64,000 bases of DNA from assembly GCA_026397045.1 (NCBI GenBank), contig JAPLVO010000014.1, positions 724 through 64,723 on the forward strand, in the 5' to 3' direction. This DNA is from Patescibacteria group bacterium (GTDB taxonomy: Bacteria; Patescibacteriota; Saccharimonadia; CAILAD01; BJGX01). The stretch's first letter is position 1; every line of letters begins with the position of its first letter. The notes under the pieces were generated by a model, which did no database searches, was not told where the DNA came from, and was given only the letters and a program-made list of their open reading frames with translations. Positions 39,574 to 49,021 of this stretch are shown here, in pieces. A program made the translations under genes and the position numbers.

Positions 39574-40362
39574 ATGGAACACTTACAAAAAGAACTATTC
39601 GCCAACGAACAGACCGCACTATTTGAGGATTTGGATTTGGATTTGGAGATACCCGAGAGCAAGTTTAGCCGAATTCTACTCAAGCTAAGTGGTGAAGCAC
39701 TTATGGGTAAGGCCGGTTCTGGGCTTGATGATATTGTCTTAGATAGATTTGCCAATGATATTGTCAAGGCTCGCCTTGAGCACGATGTTGAAATTGCAAT
39801 AGTCGTTGGCGGGGGTAATTTCTGGCGCGGCGCCAAGCATGCTGAAATGGACCGTTCTGCTGCAGATTTTTGCGGGATGCTGGCAACAGTCATCAATGCA
39901 ATTGCCTTGAAGGATCGCCTAGAAAAATTGGGGCAACCGACAAGGGTCATGACAGCAATCCATATGAACCAAGTTGCCGAGCCATATATTCGTGGTAAAG
40001 CAATGCGGCACCTGGAAAAAGGGCGAGTTGTTATTTTTGCTGGCGGGACTGGAAACCCGTTTTTCACAACTGATACCGCCGCGGCACTGCGCGCCGCAGA
40101 AATCAATGCAGACGCCCTGCTTATGGCAAAAAATGGCGTCGATGGTGTTTATGATTCAGATCCCAAGCTGAACTCTGACGCAATTAAGTATGATGAGCTT
40201 GATTACCTCGACATCATCAACAACGACCTTGGCGTTATGGACTCAACAGCCGCAACACATGCCATGGGTAACGATTTGCCAATTGTCGTCTTTGACGGGC
40301 TTAAAGAGGGCGGACTTCAGGAGGCTCTATGCAGCCCAGAATTGGGCACAATCATCACATGA
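39574..40362 (+). CDS. pyrH: UMP kinase
   Basis: LLKLSGEAL, GGGNFWRG, GTGNPFFTTD, VDGVYDSDP. Confidence 0.97.
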   Translation: MEHLQKELFANEQTALFEDLDLDLEIPESKFSRILLKLSGEALMGKAGSGLDDIVLDRFANDIVKARLEHDVEIAIVVGGGNFWRGAKHAEMDRSAADFCGMLATVINAIALKDRLEKLGQPTRVMTAIHMNQVAEPYIRGKAMRHLEKGRVVIFAGGTGNPFFTTDTAAALRAAEINADALLMAKNGVDGVYDSDPKLNSDAIKYDELDYLDIINNDLGVMDSTAATHAMGNDLPIVVFDGLKEGGLQEALCSPELGTIIT

Positions 40363-40405
40363 GTTAATATTTAGTCGTTTATGGCAATTTGCTATAGACG
40401 ACTAT

Positions 40406-40687
40406 TTATTTAGGCTTTATTATCCGATGCTTATTTTTATTCAACATGTAGCCTACAAATATCCCAACCACCAACAAGAAAAGCCCGACAACAAACACCT
40501 GCCCCGCAGCAGGAACGAGGAAGTAAAATGGGATGACAAAGACTAAGCCGAGTCCAAGAATTAGGAGGCCTATAATAATATCCCCTAGAAACCCTGCATG
40601 ATAATCCTCATGGGGCTTTTCATAGCTCATGTCCTGCTGTTTTTTCTTATTCTTGTGTTCATGCTTAACATGGCTATTTTTGCTCAT
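40406..40687 (-). CDS. Small two-TM membrane protein
   Basis: His/Lys-rich N-terminus and two hydrophobic segments. Confidence 0.65.
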   Translation of the reverse strand: MSKNSHVKHEHKNKKKQQDMSYEKPHEDYHAGFLGDIIIGLLILGLGLVFVIPFYFLVPAAGQVFVVGLFLLVVGIFVGYMLNKNKHRIIKPK

Positions 40688-40722
40688 TTTATTGTCTTTC
40701 GTATTATTTATATACTTATATT

Positions 40723-41688
40723 CTAACTCTTTTTCAGGATTAATTCTATTGTATCGAGGGCCTCTTGGGCTGAATGAGTCGCCATTAGTTTGGCTCGAAC
40801 TTGGGCCGAACCGTCGAATCCATTGATATAGAGCTTGAAGAATTTTTTAAGTGGCTCAAAAGACTTGCCATCTCCCCAAGTTTCTTGATAAAGGCTAATA
40901 TGCTCCAGCAAAATACCTAGCATCTCAGCTAGATTATGGTCTGCTTGAATTTTGTCGAATACGAATAAATTATGGAATACCCCTCGGCCAATCATAATGC
41001 CATCGACACCGGTTTCCATAGCCTTATCATCACCTTCTTGACGGCTCAGAATATCGCCGTTACCAACAACCACAGTATCGGGAGATATATTGTCCCGTAG
41101 TTGTACCGACTTGGCTACTTCTTCCCAATGAGCAGGGACTTTGCTCATTTCTTTGCGCGTTCTGCCATGAACAATTAATGCATCCAGTTTTTGTTCTAAT
41201 AAAAATCCAATCCAGTTTTCGGTATCAATATTATCAAATCCTATTCGGGTTTTAACACTCACAGGCAAGCTACCTGCACCTTCTTTGGTGGCAGCGATAA
41301 CTTCAGCTGCCAGAGAAGGGTTTTGGATCATGGCACTACAGGCACCCTTTTTGATCATATCTTTAACAGGACAGCCCATATTTATATCAATCCCAGCAAA
41401 GCCCATAGCTTTAATATCTTTAGCCATCGTGAGGTAGTTTTTTGGATCAATCCCCCATATTTGGGCAATAACAGGTCCTTCGATTGGTTCGTATTTGAGC
41501 CGGCTACTGATCGCCTGCTTACCGGGACTACAATAGCCATCTGCATTAGCAAATTCTGTCATCATCAAATCAGCCGGTGCGTGTTTTGCGACAATTTGCC
41601 TAAACACCGTATCGGTCACATCATCCATAGGAGCCAAAACATAAAATGGTTGATTTGATTTTTTTAGATTTTGCCAGATGTGATTCAT
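40723..41688 (-). CDS. tRNA-dihydrouridine synthase (Dus family)
   Basis: LAPMDDVTD, DINMGCP, VSVKTRIG, VHGRT, GNGDI, GIMIGRG. Confidence 0.95.
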   Translation of the reverse strand: MNHIWQNLKKSNQPFYVLAPMDDVTDTVFRQIVAKHAPADLMMTEFANADGYCSPGKQAISSRLKYEPIEGPVIAQIWGIDPKNYLTMAKDIKAMGFAGIDINMGCPVKDMIKKGACSAMIQNPSLAAEVIAATKEGAGSLPVSVKTRIGFDNIDTENWIGFLLEQKLDALIVHGRTRKEMSKVPAHWEEVAKSVQLRDNISPDTVVVGNGDILSRQEGDDKAMETGVDGIMIGRGVFHNLFVFDKIQADHNLAEMLGILLEHISLYQETWGDGKSFEPLKKFFKLYINGFDGSAQVRAKLMATHSAQEALDTIELILKKS

Positions 41689-41693
41689 ATATT

Positions 41694-42512
41694 CTAGGCT
41701 AAATAATGGGAATGATTGGAATATTTTTTAAGTATTAAGCTATGCACTATAGTCTTGTCGTCGCCGTAGACCTTGCTCTGCTGGGTAAAATGTTCTAGCA
41801 AATCGTCGTTGGCTGGCTCATAAATAAACTCTCTTAGCCCTTCGACGCTACGACACACCACTACCGCATCAACATGCATGGTATCGCATATTTGACGCAA
41901 GATCGCTTGCTTTGGCCTGGCTAAGGCCGCCATAACTATATGAGTATAGCCCGAGTAGTCATGCTCGGAAGCATCACAATATCTAATTTTAATATTCTTA
42001 TCTAGGCCGAGCTCCGATATTATTTTGGTCGATAGAACAACAGCTTCGGCATTATTATCTAGGACAGTGATTTCACAATTATTCTGTTTGCTATAAGCAA
42101 TCGCAGTTTCGGGAAATGGCCCACCACCGATAAATATAACTTTTGATTCGGCATTAAAACCAGCTTCGAGGGATTCCTTTTGGGCAAACTCAAAAGTACG
42201 ACCGATGAATTGGTCTTTGAGAAAGTCTCTACCGCCAGCAAGTACATCCAGATAGGTAGATGTCTCTAAAAAAACCTCGAAAAGTTCGTAAATGCGCCTG
42301 GTCTGATGAGCTAGATTACGAAAGTGAGCCGTGTTTAAAAGCTCTCTTGAAAGTTCATTGTACTGAGGATCTCGAACGATATGCTCAAGACGCTCTATTA
42401 GAGTGGCAAAATCTTTACTTAAAAAAATCACTGGGGACTTTTCGGCATTACATAGCTCGGTGGTGATTTCTTCGATGTCAGATTTGAAATTATTATAAAG
42501 ACTATTTTTCAT
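41694..42512 (-). CDS. Nicotianamine synthase / CntL-like SAM-dependent aminocarboxypropyl transferase
   Basis: Helical N-terminus with E..LE, FIGGGPFPETA (cf. NAS FIGSGPLP), MAALA.PK, RS.EGLR..IY. Confidence 0.8.
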   Translation of the reverse strand: MKNSLYNNFKSDIEEITTELCNAEKSPVIFLSKDFATLIERLEHIVRDPQYNELSRELLNTAHFRNLAHQTRRIYELFEVFLETSTYLDVLAGGRDFLKDQFIGRTFEFAQKESLEAGFNAESKVIFIGGGPFPETAIAYSKQNNCEITVLDNNAEAVVLSTKIISELGLDKNIKIRYCDASEHDYSGYTHIVMAALARPKQAILRQICDTMHVDAVVVCRSVEGLREFIYEPANDDLLEHFTQQSKVYGDDKTIVHSLILKKYSNHSHYLA

Positions 42513-42584
42513 CGGGATACCATAGCATAAAAATGCTTTTAATTCCAGTCACATTAATTGCTCAAAAGCGTTATAATAGTCTGT

Positions 42585-44072
42585 ATGCAATATAAAGATC
42601 CCGAGTCAAAATCAAAGTCAAAGGCTTCTAAGCATGACACTAAGCCTGATTTTGTATATGACCCAGACAACAAGGACCAAAATAACAGCGATGAGGAGAG
42701 CCTGCTGGCAAGCCAACTTGATCCCATGGGAAAAGAAGACCAAATTATAGACCCCAAATTAGAAAAGCGCGCCAGAAGACGCAAAAAAGCCAAACGCATA
42801 ATATTATTCGTTTTGCTTTTTATATTCTTAGCTGGCGGTGGAGCTTTTGCCTACCTATTTAGTAGAGCTAACAAAATTAGTACCAACCCCTTCAATTTCT
42901 CTACAAAACTTAAGGGCGAATCTGAAGGCCGAGTGAATATCCTCTTGCTGGGAGTGGGCGACCCTGGGCACGACGGAGAGACATTAGCCGACACGAACAT
43001 GGTAGTAAGCCTAGACACCAAAAATAACAAAGTAGCCATGATTAGTGTCCCCCGCGATACACGCGTCTTCATACCATCAGAGGGCTATGTAAAAATAAAT
43101 AATGCGCATGCCATAGGCCAAGCCAAGACTCCCCCCAAGGGTATCGAACTGGCACAAAAGACTGTCGAGGATACCCTTGGAATACCTATCCAATACTATG
43201 TCAGAGCTAATTTCTCTGGCCTAAAAGATGCCGTCGATGCCGTTGGAGGAATAGAGGTAGATGTTAAGGAGCCCCTAAATGACCCCGAGTACCCCTGTGA
43301 TAAAAACCAATATAAAAGCTGCGGATTTAAAATCAGTGCCGGACCCACCAAGATGGACGGCTCAACTGCTCTAAAATATGCCCGTTGCCGAAAAGGAACT
43401 TGTGGCGATGATTTCGGACGCGCTATAAGGCAGCAAGAAGTCTTGCAGGCAGTGCGCACCAAAGCAGTAAGCTCGGAAACACTGACTGATCCAAAAAAGC
43501 TGGCATCCCTTATTGATGCAGCCGCAAACAACATAACTACCAACATGAGCCTAAGTGAAATACAGAGAGCCTATGAACTTAGCAAAAAGGTGCCAACTGA
43601 AAACATAACCAGCATTGTATTCTCAACCAACCCAAATGGCTTCCTTAAGCAGGATCCAAGCAGCAGTGATTTGCTTCCTGTCGGTGGTAACTTCGATGAA
43701 ATTAAAAAATTCGTAAAGGAAATATTTACTGTGGGGGCTCTTTGGTCCGAGGATGCTAAAATAATTGTAGAAAATGGCACTGCAACAGTCGGCCTGGCTG
43801 GCAAATTCGAAGCGAAGTTAGCAAATGCAGGTGTGCCAATCCAGATACTAGCTATACAGAATGCAACCACCAAAGACTACTCGACTAGCCAGATAATAGA
43901 CTACTCTGGTGGCAAGAAGCCCCAAACGATAAAGTATCTCGAAGACCTCCTGGGAGTTAAGGCTACACTTCCCGCAGAAGCAAGTAAATCTACTGGCAGC
44001 CAAGATATAACGGTGATACTGGGTAGCGACTATGCAGACAAAGTATCCCAGACAGGAACTGCTTCAGAGTAG
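42585..44072 (+). CDS. LCP (LytR-CpsA-Psr) family protein with LytR C-terminal domain
   Basis: NILLLG, ADTNMV, SVPRDT, KINNA, VDAVGG, ARCRK..DDFGR..RQQ; C-terminal ENGT...GLAG, DITVILGSD. Start set at 42585. Confidence 0.93.
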   Translation: MQYKDPESKSKSKASKHDTKPDFVYDPDNKDQNNSDEESLLASQLDPMGKEDQIIDPKLEKRARRRKKAKRIILFVLLFIFLAGGGAFAYLFSRANKISTNPFNFSTKLKGESEGRVNILLLGVGDPGHDGETLADTNMVVSLDTKNNKVAMISVPRDTRVFIPSEGYVKINNAHAIGQAKTPPKGIELAQKTVEDTLGIPIQYYVRANFSGLKDAVDAVGGIEVDVKEPLNDPEYPCDKNQYKSCGFKISAGPTKMDGSTALKYARCRKGTCGDDFGRAIRQQEVLQAVRTKAVSSETLTDPKKLASLIDAAANNITTNMSLSEIQRAYELSKKVPTENITSIVFSTNPNGFLKQDPSSSDLLPVGGNFDEIKKFVKEIFTVGALWSEDAKIIVENGTATVGLAGKFEAKLANAGVPIQILAIQNATTKDYSTSQIIDYSGGKKPQTIKYLEDLLGVKATLPAEASKSTGSQDITVILGSDYADKVSQTGTASE

Positions 44073-44141
44073 CCCTACTTGACTTGCTCTTTATGCCCAG
44101 CTCAATTATATGTATAATAGACCTATAAATTAAGGAGACTA

Positions 44142-44759
44142 ATGGACATCGTAACAACCCCGACCCGTAATTCGCTCATAGCCAGGTCGATAGCTAATGT
44201 AATTTTCGGATCCCTAATACTGCTATTCCCCGGGATAACGCTAGCAGTGCTAGCGGTGGCATTTGCTATTAATATACTCATTGTTGGGCTCTTCATGCTC
44301 TTCGAACCAGCTTTTGACTCAACCAATAAGCATGCCCTACTAACTGTTATATCAGGCCTACTAGCGATTGGGGCGGGAGTTTATGTGCTATCAAGGCCGC
44401 TAGCCGGAGTTGTTATCTTGAGTATTATAATTGCTGCTTGGGCGCTACTATATGGGCTCATGGATCTATTTATAGGTTTCAAACTTTCTGAAAATAAGCT
44501 TCAGGGGTCCTGGATATATATTCTCATTGGTATATTATCTCTGATGTTTGCTGTATACCTAGCATTTAACCCTCTTGAAGGTAGCTTGGCGCTAGTGGGC
44601 GTTGTAGGTATATACTCACTTTTAATTGGATTTATTTTTGGCTTCCAGGCCTTCAAGATAAAGCCAGAGAAGGCAATAAAAGCTAAGACAACTACTCCTA
44701 AAACATCCGGACCCATCAAAAAACCAGCCAAGAAAATCGTCAGGAAAACCTCCAAATAA
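44142..44759 (+). CDS. HdeD/DUF308 membrane protein
   Basis: R.I..VIFG.L....PG helical-hairpin repeats, about 6 TM. Confidence 0.8.
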   Translation: MDIVTTPTRNSLIARSIANVIFGSLILLFPGITLAVLAVAFAINILIVGLFMLFEPAFDSTNKHALLTVISGLLAIGAGVYVLSRPLAGVVILSIIIAAWALLYGLMDLFIGFKLSENKLQGSWIYILIGILSLMFAVYLAFNPLEGSLALVGVVGIYSLLIGFIFGFQAFKIKPEKAIKAKTTTPKTSGPIKKPAKKIVRKTSK

Positions 44760-45448
44760 TGGAAACCAAGGTTGTAAAGCCTCAATCAGAACACATAGAT
44801 ACATTTAGCAACTATTTATCAGGGATATTTGCCTGGATGTTTGCAGGCTTATCGATAAGTGGGGCTATAGGCTATATAATCTCCCAAAGTGGCGACTCAA
44901 TCAAATTGCTATTTTTAAACCCGATATCGTTTCTGATAATAATTGTATTACAGCTAGGATTAGTAGTTTTCTTGAGTGCTAGGGCTACCAAATTGAGTGC
45001 CAACACAGCTAGGCTAGCTTTTTTAGGCTATGCACTAACCGTAGGCATAACTCTTTCTACGATATTTTTGACCTACACCTCGACTTCCATAATGAGAGTA
45101 TTCTTCATAGCTGGGAGTATGTTTCTAGTTATGGCAATAATTGGCTACACTACCAAGGTAGATCTAAGTAAAATTGGTACGATCCTGCTGATGGGCCTAT
45201 TTGGCATTATAATCGCGACAGTAGTGAATTTTTTTCTAAATTCAAATGCCCTCCAGATGGCGGTTTCTTACATTGGCGTAGTAATATTTCTAGGGCTTAC
45301 AGCCTACGATATACAAAAAATTAAGTCTATCTATAGCCAATTCGGTAGCGCTGGCAATATGGCTATTCTTGGTGCTCTAAGCCTCTACCTCGATTTCTTA
45401 AATCTTTTCTTGTTCTTGCTCAGGATTTTTGGAGCAGGTAAAGACTAG
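44759..45448 (+). CDS. Bax inhibitor-1/YccA family protein
   Basis: WMFAGL, GYTTK.DLS, GLTAYDIQKIK, GALSLYLDFLNLF. Confidence 0.93.
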   Translation: METKVVKPQSEHIDTFSNYLSGIFAWMFAGLSISGAIGYIISQSGDSIKLLFLNPISFLIIIVLQLGLVVFLSARATKLSANTARLAFLGYALTVGITLSTIFLTYTSTSIMRVFFIAGSMFLVMAIIGYTTKVDLSKIGTILLMGLFGIIIATVVNFFLNSNALQMAVSYIGVVIFLGLTAYDIQKIKSIYSQFGSAGNMAILGALSLYLDFLNLFLFLLRIFGAGKD

Positions 45449-45519
45449 CGATAATTTGCCTTGCTAACGGTTATTGGGGTATTATAATTATATTATAATA
45501 ATCTAATTTAGGAGGTCCC

Positions 45520-46068
45520 ATGGATGTAATTGTTATGCCGTCAAAAAAGAGTTTACTGCTAAGATCCATTGTAAATATAATTGTAGGATTAATAATTGTT
45601 GCCTGGCCAGCAGCGACACTTGTCGTGCTAGTTTATGCTTTCGCTATCAATATACTAATTATTGGTATTGCAACACTATTTGAGCCTGTATTTAATAAAT
45701 CTAGCCACAGCAACATTGGTGCCGTTATACTAGGAGTAATAGGAATCGCTGCAGGTATATACCTGATTGCAAGACCAGTCGTCACGGGCGAAATAATTGC
45801 GCTTCTGATTGCTTTCTGGGCTATCTTGTTCGGCATTACAGACCTCTATATTGGCTTTACCAGTAAGACAAAAGAAGGTGGGAGTCTTCTATTCATACTC
45901 GCCGGTGTTATATCCTTGATATTTGGAATATATGTACTAAACAGCCCGCTCGAAACAATCCTGTCTCTAATTTTTGTTATCGGATTATACAGCATTATCG
46001 TAGGTGCTGTACTCGGCTGTGTAGGCCTGTTCTTTTACCCAGCAGCAAAAAAATCTTCCAAAGCTTAG
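45520..46068 (+). CDS. HdeD/DUF308 membrane protein (paralog of 44142-44759)
   Basis: Shares RSI.N.I.G, AFAINILI.G...LFEP.F and IA.WA with the first copy. Confidence 0.8.
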   Translation: MDVIVMPSKKSLLLRSIVNIIVGLIIVAWPAATLVVLVYAFAINILIIGIATLFEPVFNKSSHSNIGAVILGVIGIAAGIYLIARPVVTGEIIALLIAFWAILFGITDLYIGFTSKTKEGGSLLFILAGVISLIFGIYVLNSPLETILSLIFVIGLYSIIVGAVLGCVGLFFYPAAKKSSKA

Positions 46069-47070
46069 ATGGAAATCACCCCCGTGCCTGTCAAATCGCA
46101 TAAGTTCTGGAACAAATTAATACTAATTCTCCTTGCTGTGCTACTTGTCCTAGCTAGCTATATGACAATACTCCGAGACAACTTTGCCTCTGGAGCCAAG
46201 ACATACTTGTTTTTAAAAGAGGCAAGGGCTTATGAAAACATTGCCGATCTAGCTAAGATAGAAATCAGATCCAATCTTCCTGAGAATATCAAAAACAACT
46301 TCGTAAAGCGTGCTGTGGTAGAAAAGATAATGGAGATAGTAATAACTCCTGAAAATGTCTCAAAAGTCGCGGAGCCAGGTTTGATTGCCCTTTACAAACT
46401 TTCCGATAAAGCCGCATCGTTAGCTGGCGAAAAGATCGTAATAGACACTGCTGAGTTCAAGAAGCAAGCCAATGAATACCTACCGGCACTTGGCCTGCCA
46501 GCAGGTTTTACTGAAGCTACTAATGACTTCGTTAAAGCTGTGCCGAATCAAATAACCATCATTGATGTAGATAAAAACCCCAACTCCCCTATTGCGGCAT
46601 TTGTTAAGATCCGTGAAGCCTATAAAGGTCTAAACACCGCTACAAATGTACTGTGGGTACTAATAATTACAGCTCTGGCTGCGCTGGTGGCTATAAATAT
46701 TCGCGCAGGGCGAAAAATACTCTCCACAATCACTTGGTCCTTCGGTGTGGCTGGTGGCCTGATGCTTGCTATGTCCTACGCCATAACCCCAATCGTCGTG
46801 TCGATTATTCCACAGAATCCTAGCCCTGCCATTAATAGCGCCACAACCAACTTAGTGGCTGATGCTCTAGACTACTTCCTGATGGTATCGAGAAGCTATG
46901 GATGGACAATGATAGTAATCGCATTATTAGCTCTTGGTGGCAAGCTACTACTATCAAACGATAGTGTTAAGACAGCCCTAAAGGGTGGCTACCAGAAAAT
47001 AGTATCGACTGCTAAAGGAACTAAGCCAAAAACCAAATCAGAGCCGAAGCGTACACCAAAGAGCAAGTAG
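46069..47070 (+). CDS. Hypothetical multi-pass membrane protein
   Basis: N-terminal TM, soluble helical domain, three C-terminal TM helices. Confidence 0.8.
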   Translation: MEITPVPVKSHKFWNKLILILLAVLLVLASYMTILRDNFASGAKTYLFLKEARAYENIADLAKIEIRSNLPENIKNNFVKRAVVEKIMEIVITPENVSKVAEPGLIALYKLSDKAASLAGEKIVIDTAEFKKQANEYLPALGLPAGFTEATNDFVKAVPNQITIIDVDKNPNSPIAAFVKIREAYKGLNTATNVLWVLIITALAALVAINIRAGRKILSTITWSFGVAGGLMLAMSYAITPIVVSIIPQNPSPAINSATTNLVADALDYFLMVSRSYGWTMIVIALLALGGKLLLSNDSVKTALKGGYQKIVSTAKGTKPKTKSEPKRTPKSK

Positions 47071-47380
47071 TTTTGCCCTTACGGGGGTGTATTAATATTT
47101 TGAGCAGGCAACAATACCCCACCTCAGAACTTCTATCCGATCTACCAAGACCCAGCGATATTGGGTTCGTTACAGCGTAGAGCAAGCTACTAGCTAAGGA
47201 CAAGCTCCCGATGCCTTCTATGTGTCCTTTATCTCCAAAAAATGCCTACCAGCCTCTTAAGAGAGCCTGAATACTAGCCTGGAGCCAAATGGCAGGCTGA
47301 GTTTAAGAACCTAGTAAAGTTTATGCCCAGTAAATTATGGTGTAGATATATACTGGCAGCCCCTAATAGCCGGCCTTTAT

Positions 47381-47893
47381 CTAGAAACCTAGATTGCTAA
47401 ACTCTGGGACATACAGAGTTACATCATCTAAAAATGGCCTAATAGAGTTGGCAAATATAGGATTTGCATCTGTAGTAAATGTAGAACCATCATTGTATCT
47501 AACACTAATGGTAAATTGTTTACCTCCAAGCGGGGGCTCAGACGAAGGCTTTTGGGATATGATCTTATCGACCACGCCATAGGCTATGAGGCTCTTTTGG
47601 ATTTCACTAAATTTACCTGGCTGAATCTGGCAGTCTGTATACTTAGTATCAGTATCTATCTGTTTTTTAACCGATAGTTGGCAGCTGTCCTTACTTATTG
47701 TCAAAGTGCTGGTCTGCTGGTATTGGGGAGAAACCGGCCCAGAGCTGACACTAAAAGATATTTCAGCAATCTTATGAGAGTACTTACTTTGGATAATCAT
47801 CATTGCCACTGCCAATATAATTACCGAGCCGATTATGACTGATAATATAAACAATGTATTAATATATGGCTTTTTAGCACCTTTACTTAACAT
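47381..47893 (-). CDS. Hypothetical membrane-anchored extracytoplasmic protein
   Basis: N-terminal TM, Cys pair, SSGPVSPQYQ motif. Confidence 0.75.
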   Translation of the reverse strand: MLSKGAKKPYINTLFILSVIIGSVIILAVAMMIIQSKYSHKIAEISFSVSSGPVSPQYQQTSTLTISKDSCQLSVKKQIDTDTKYTDCQIQPGKFSEIQKSLIAYGVVDKIISQKPSSEPPLGGKQFTISVRYNDGSTFTTDANPIFANSIRPFLDDVTLYVPEFSNLGF

Positions 47894-47969
47894 ATAGCTA
47901 CATCATATCACCTTTATAGTACTGTAAAAATATATTATATGTTAAAATTAATACATTAAGGAGTATGAA

Positions 47970-48347
47970 ATGAAGAGAGTAAGCTTTATACAAATAGGCC
48001 TTTCATTGGTCTTTCTAGTAATTGCCTTGGTTGTACTAGGCGACCTTGTGGGTCTCATAAAGGCCAATAATATATTTGGCCAATACTGGCCGGCTTTATT
48101 AATTCTATTAGGGGTTATGCTGATAGGCCCGAATTCCAGAAATAATGGTATTTCGTTTGGCATAATAATACTAGGTATTTTGCTACTAATGAATACATTC
48201 AACCTCTTCGCTACCCAGGGCGGAAAAGTAGTTCTGATAATGCTCTTATCATTTAGTGGGCTAGCCATGCTAGTTTTCGCTACCACTAAAAAGCACAAAG
48301 GCTCTAACCCTAGTAGTACTTCAACCGACAAAGAGCTTTATTTTTAG
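47970..48347 (+). CDS. LiaF/LiaI-like (DUF5668) small membrane protein
   Basis: YWPALLILLG motif; SD AAGGAG. Confidence 0.7.
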   Translation: MKRVSFIQIGLSLVFLVIALVVLGDLVGLIKANNIFGQYWPALLILLGVMLIGPNSRNNGISFGIIILGILLLMNTFNLFATQGGKVVLIMLLSFSGLAMLVFATTKKHKGSNPSSTSTDKELYF

Positions 48348-48973
48348 ATTCTGACTATAGGCTGCCTAATAATTGTCTTTACTCTCCCCGACTTACTCCT
48401 AGTTGGATCGCTTAAATAGATCTCATGATGCCTTAAGACAGCCTTGTAGCCACGCTTTTTTATGTAGCTAGCGAGCGTTTTAATATCCCCGATGGCAGTG
48501 GAATAAGAGCCAAAGTGTAGTATCTGAGCCGATTTCTTTTCTTGGAGGCTCGAGATGTGAATATCATTATATCTAGGGTTTGGCTTAATCCCTAAAGTCA
48601 TGCTAACTGCCATATTAACTACACCCTGGGTGACAAACCCTGGTACGACAATAAAAACCTCCCAGATAAGATTACCGCCATCGCTGGCATCGTATGGCTT
48701 GCCATTCTTCATGCTCCACAAAGCCTCTAGGGCAGAAACCCTAAAGCTCACAAAGCCCTCGGGGGTATTGCCTTTTTTTGGCATAAAATTAATTGCATAG
48801 GCGATGGAATATAGCGCCTCGACGGAATCTCGGAATCTAGGACCATTGGGCTCACCTTCCCCGCTGATGGCCATTATTCTTAGGGCTGGGACATCGATTA
48901 TCGAGGCCTTCGCGACTTTAGCGCTATAAATTAATGGATAGATATCTGATATATTAAACTTCTCAGATTCCAT
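48344..48973 (-). CDS. GyrI-like small-molecule-binding domain protein
   Basis: G.GEPN, ALYSIAY, LEALW, QILH.GSY, HHEIYLSDP.R, KTIIRQP. Confidence 0.88.
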   Translation of the reverse strand: MESEKFNISDIYPLIYSAKVAKASIIDVPALRIMAISGEGEPNGPRFRDSVEALYSIAYAINFMPKKGNTPEGFVSFRVSALEALWSMKNGKPYDASDGGNLIWEVFIVVPGFVTQGVVNMAVSMTLGIKPNPRYNDIHISSLQEKKSAQILHFGSYSTAIGDIKTLASYIKKRGYKAVLRHHEIYLSDPTRSKSGRVKTIIRQPIVRI

Positions 48974-49021
48974 AGCGACCCAATACTCCTAAGATAGCCA
49001 ATTTGTAACGCAATGTTATGT

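Noticed and set aside
47071-47380. tmRNA, RNase P RNA or SRP RNA in this gap
   Set aside because: There is no tRNA-like 3' end with CCA, no GAGGAAAGUCC and no SRP domain IV motif on either strand.
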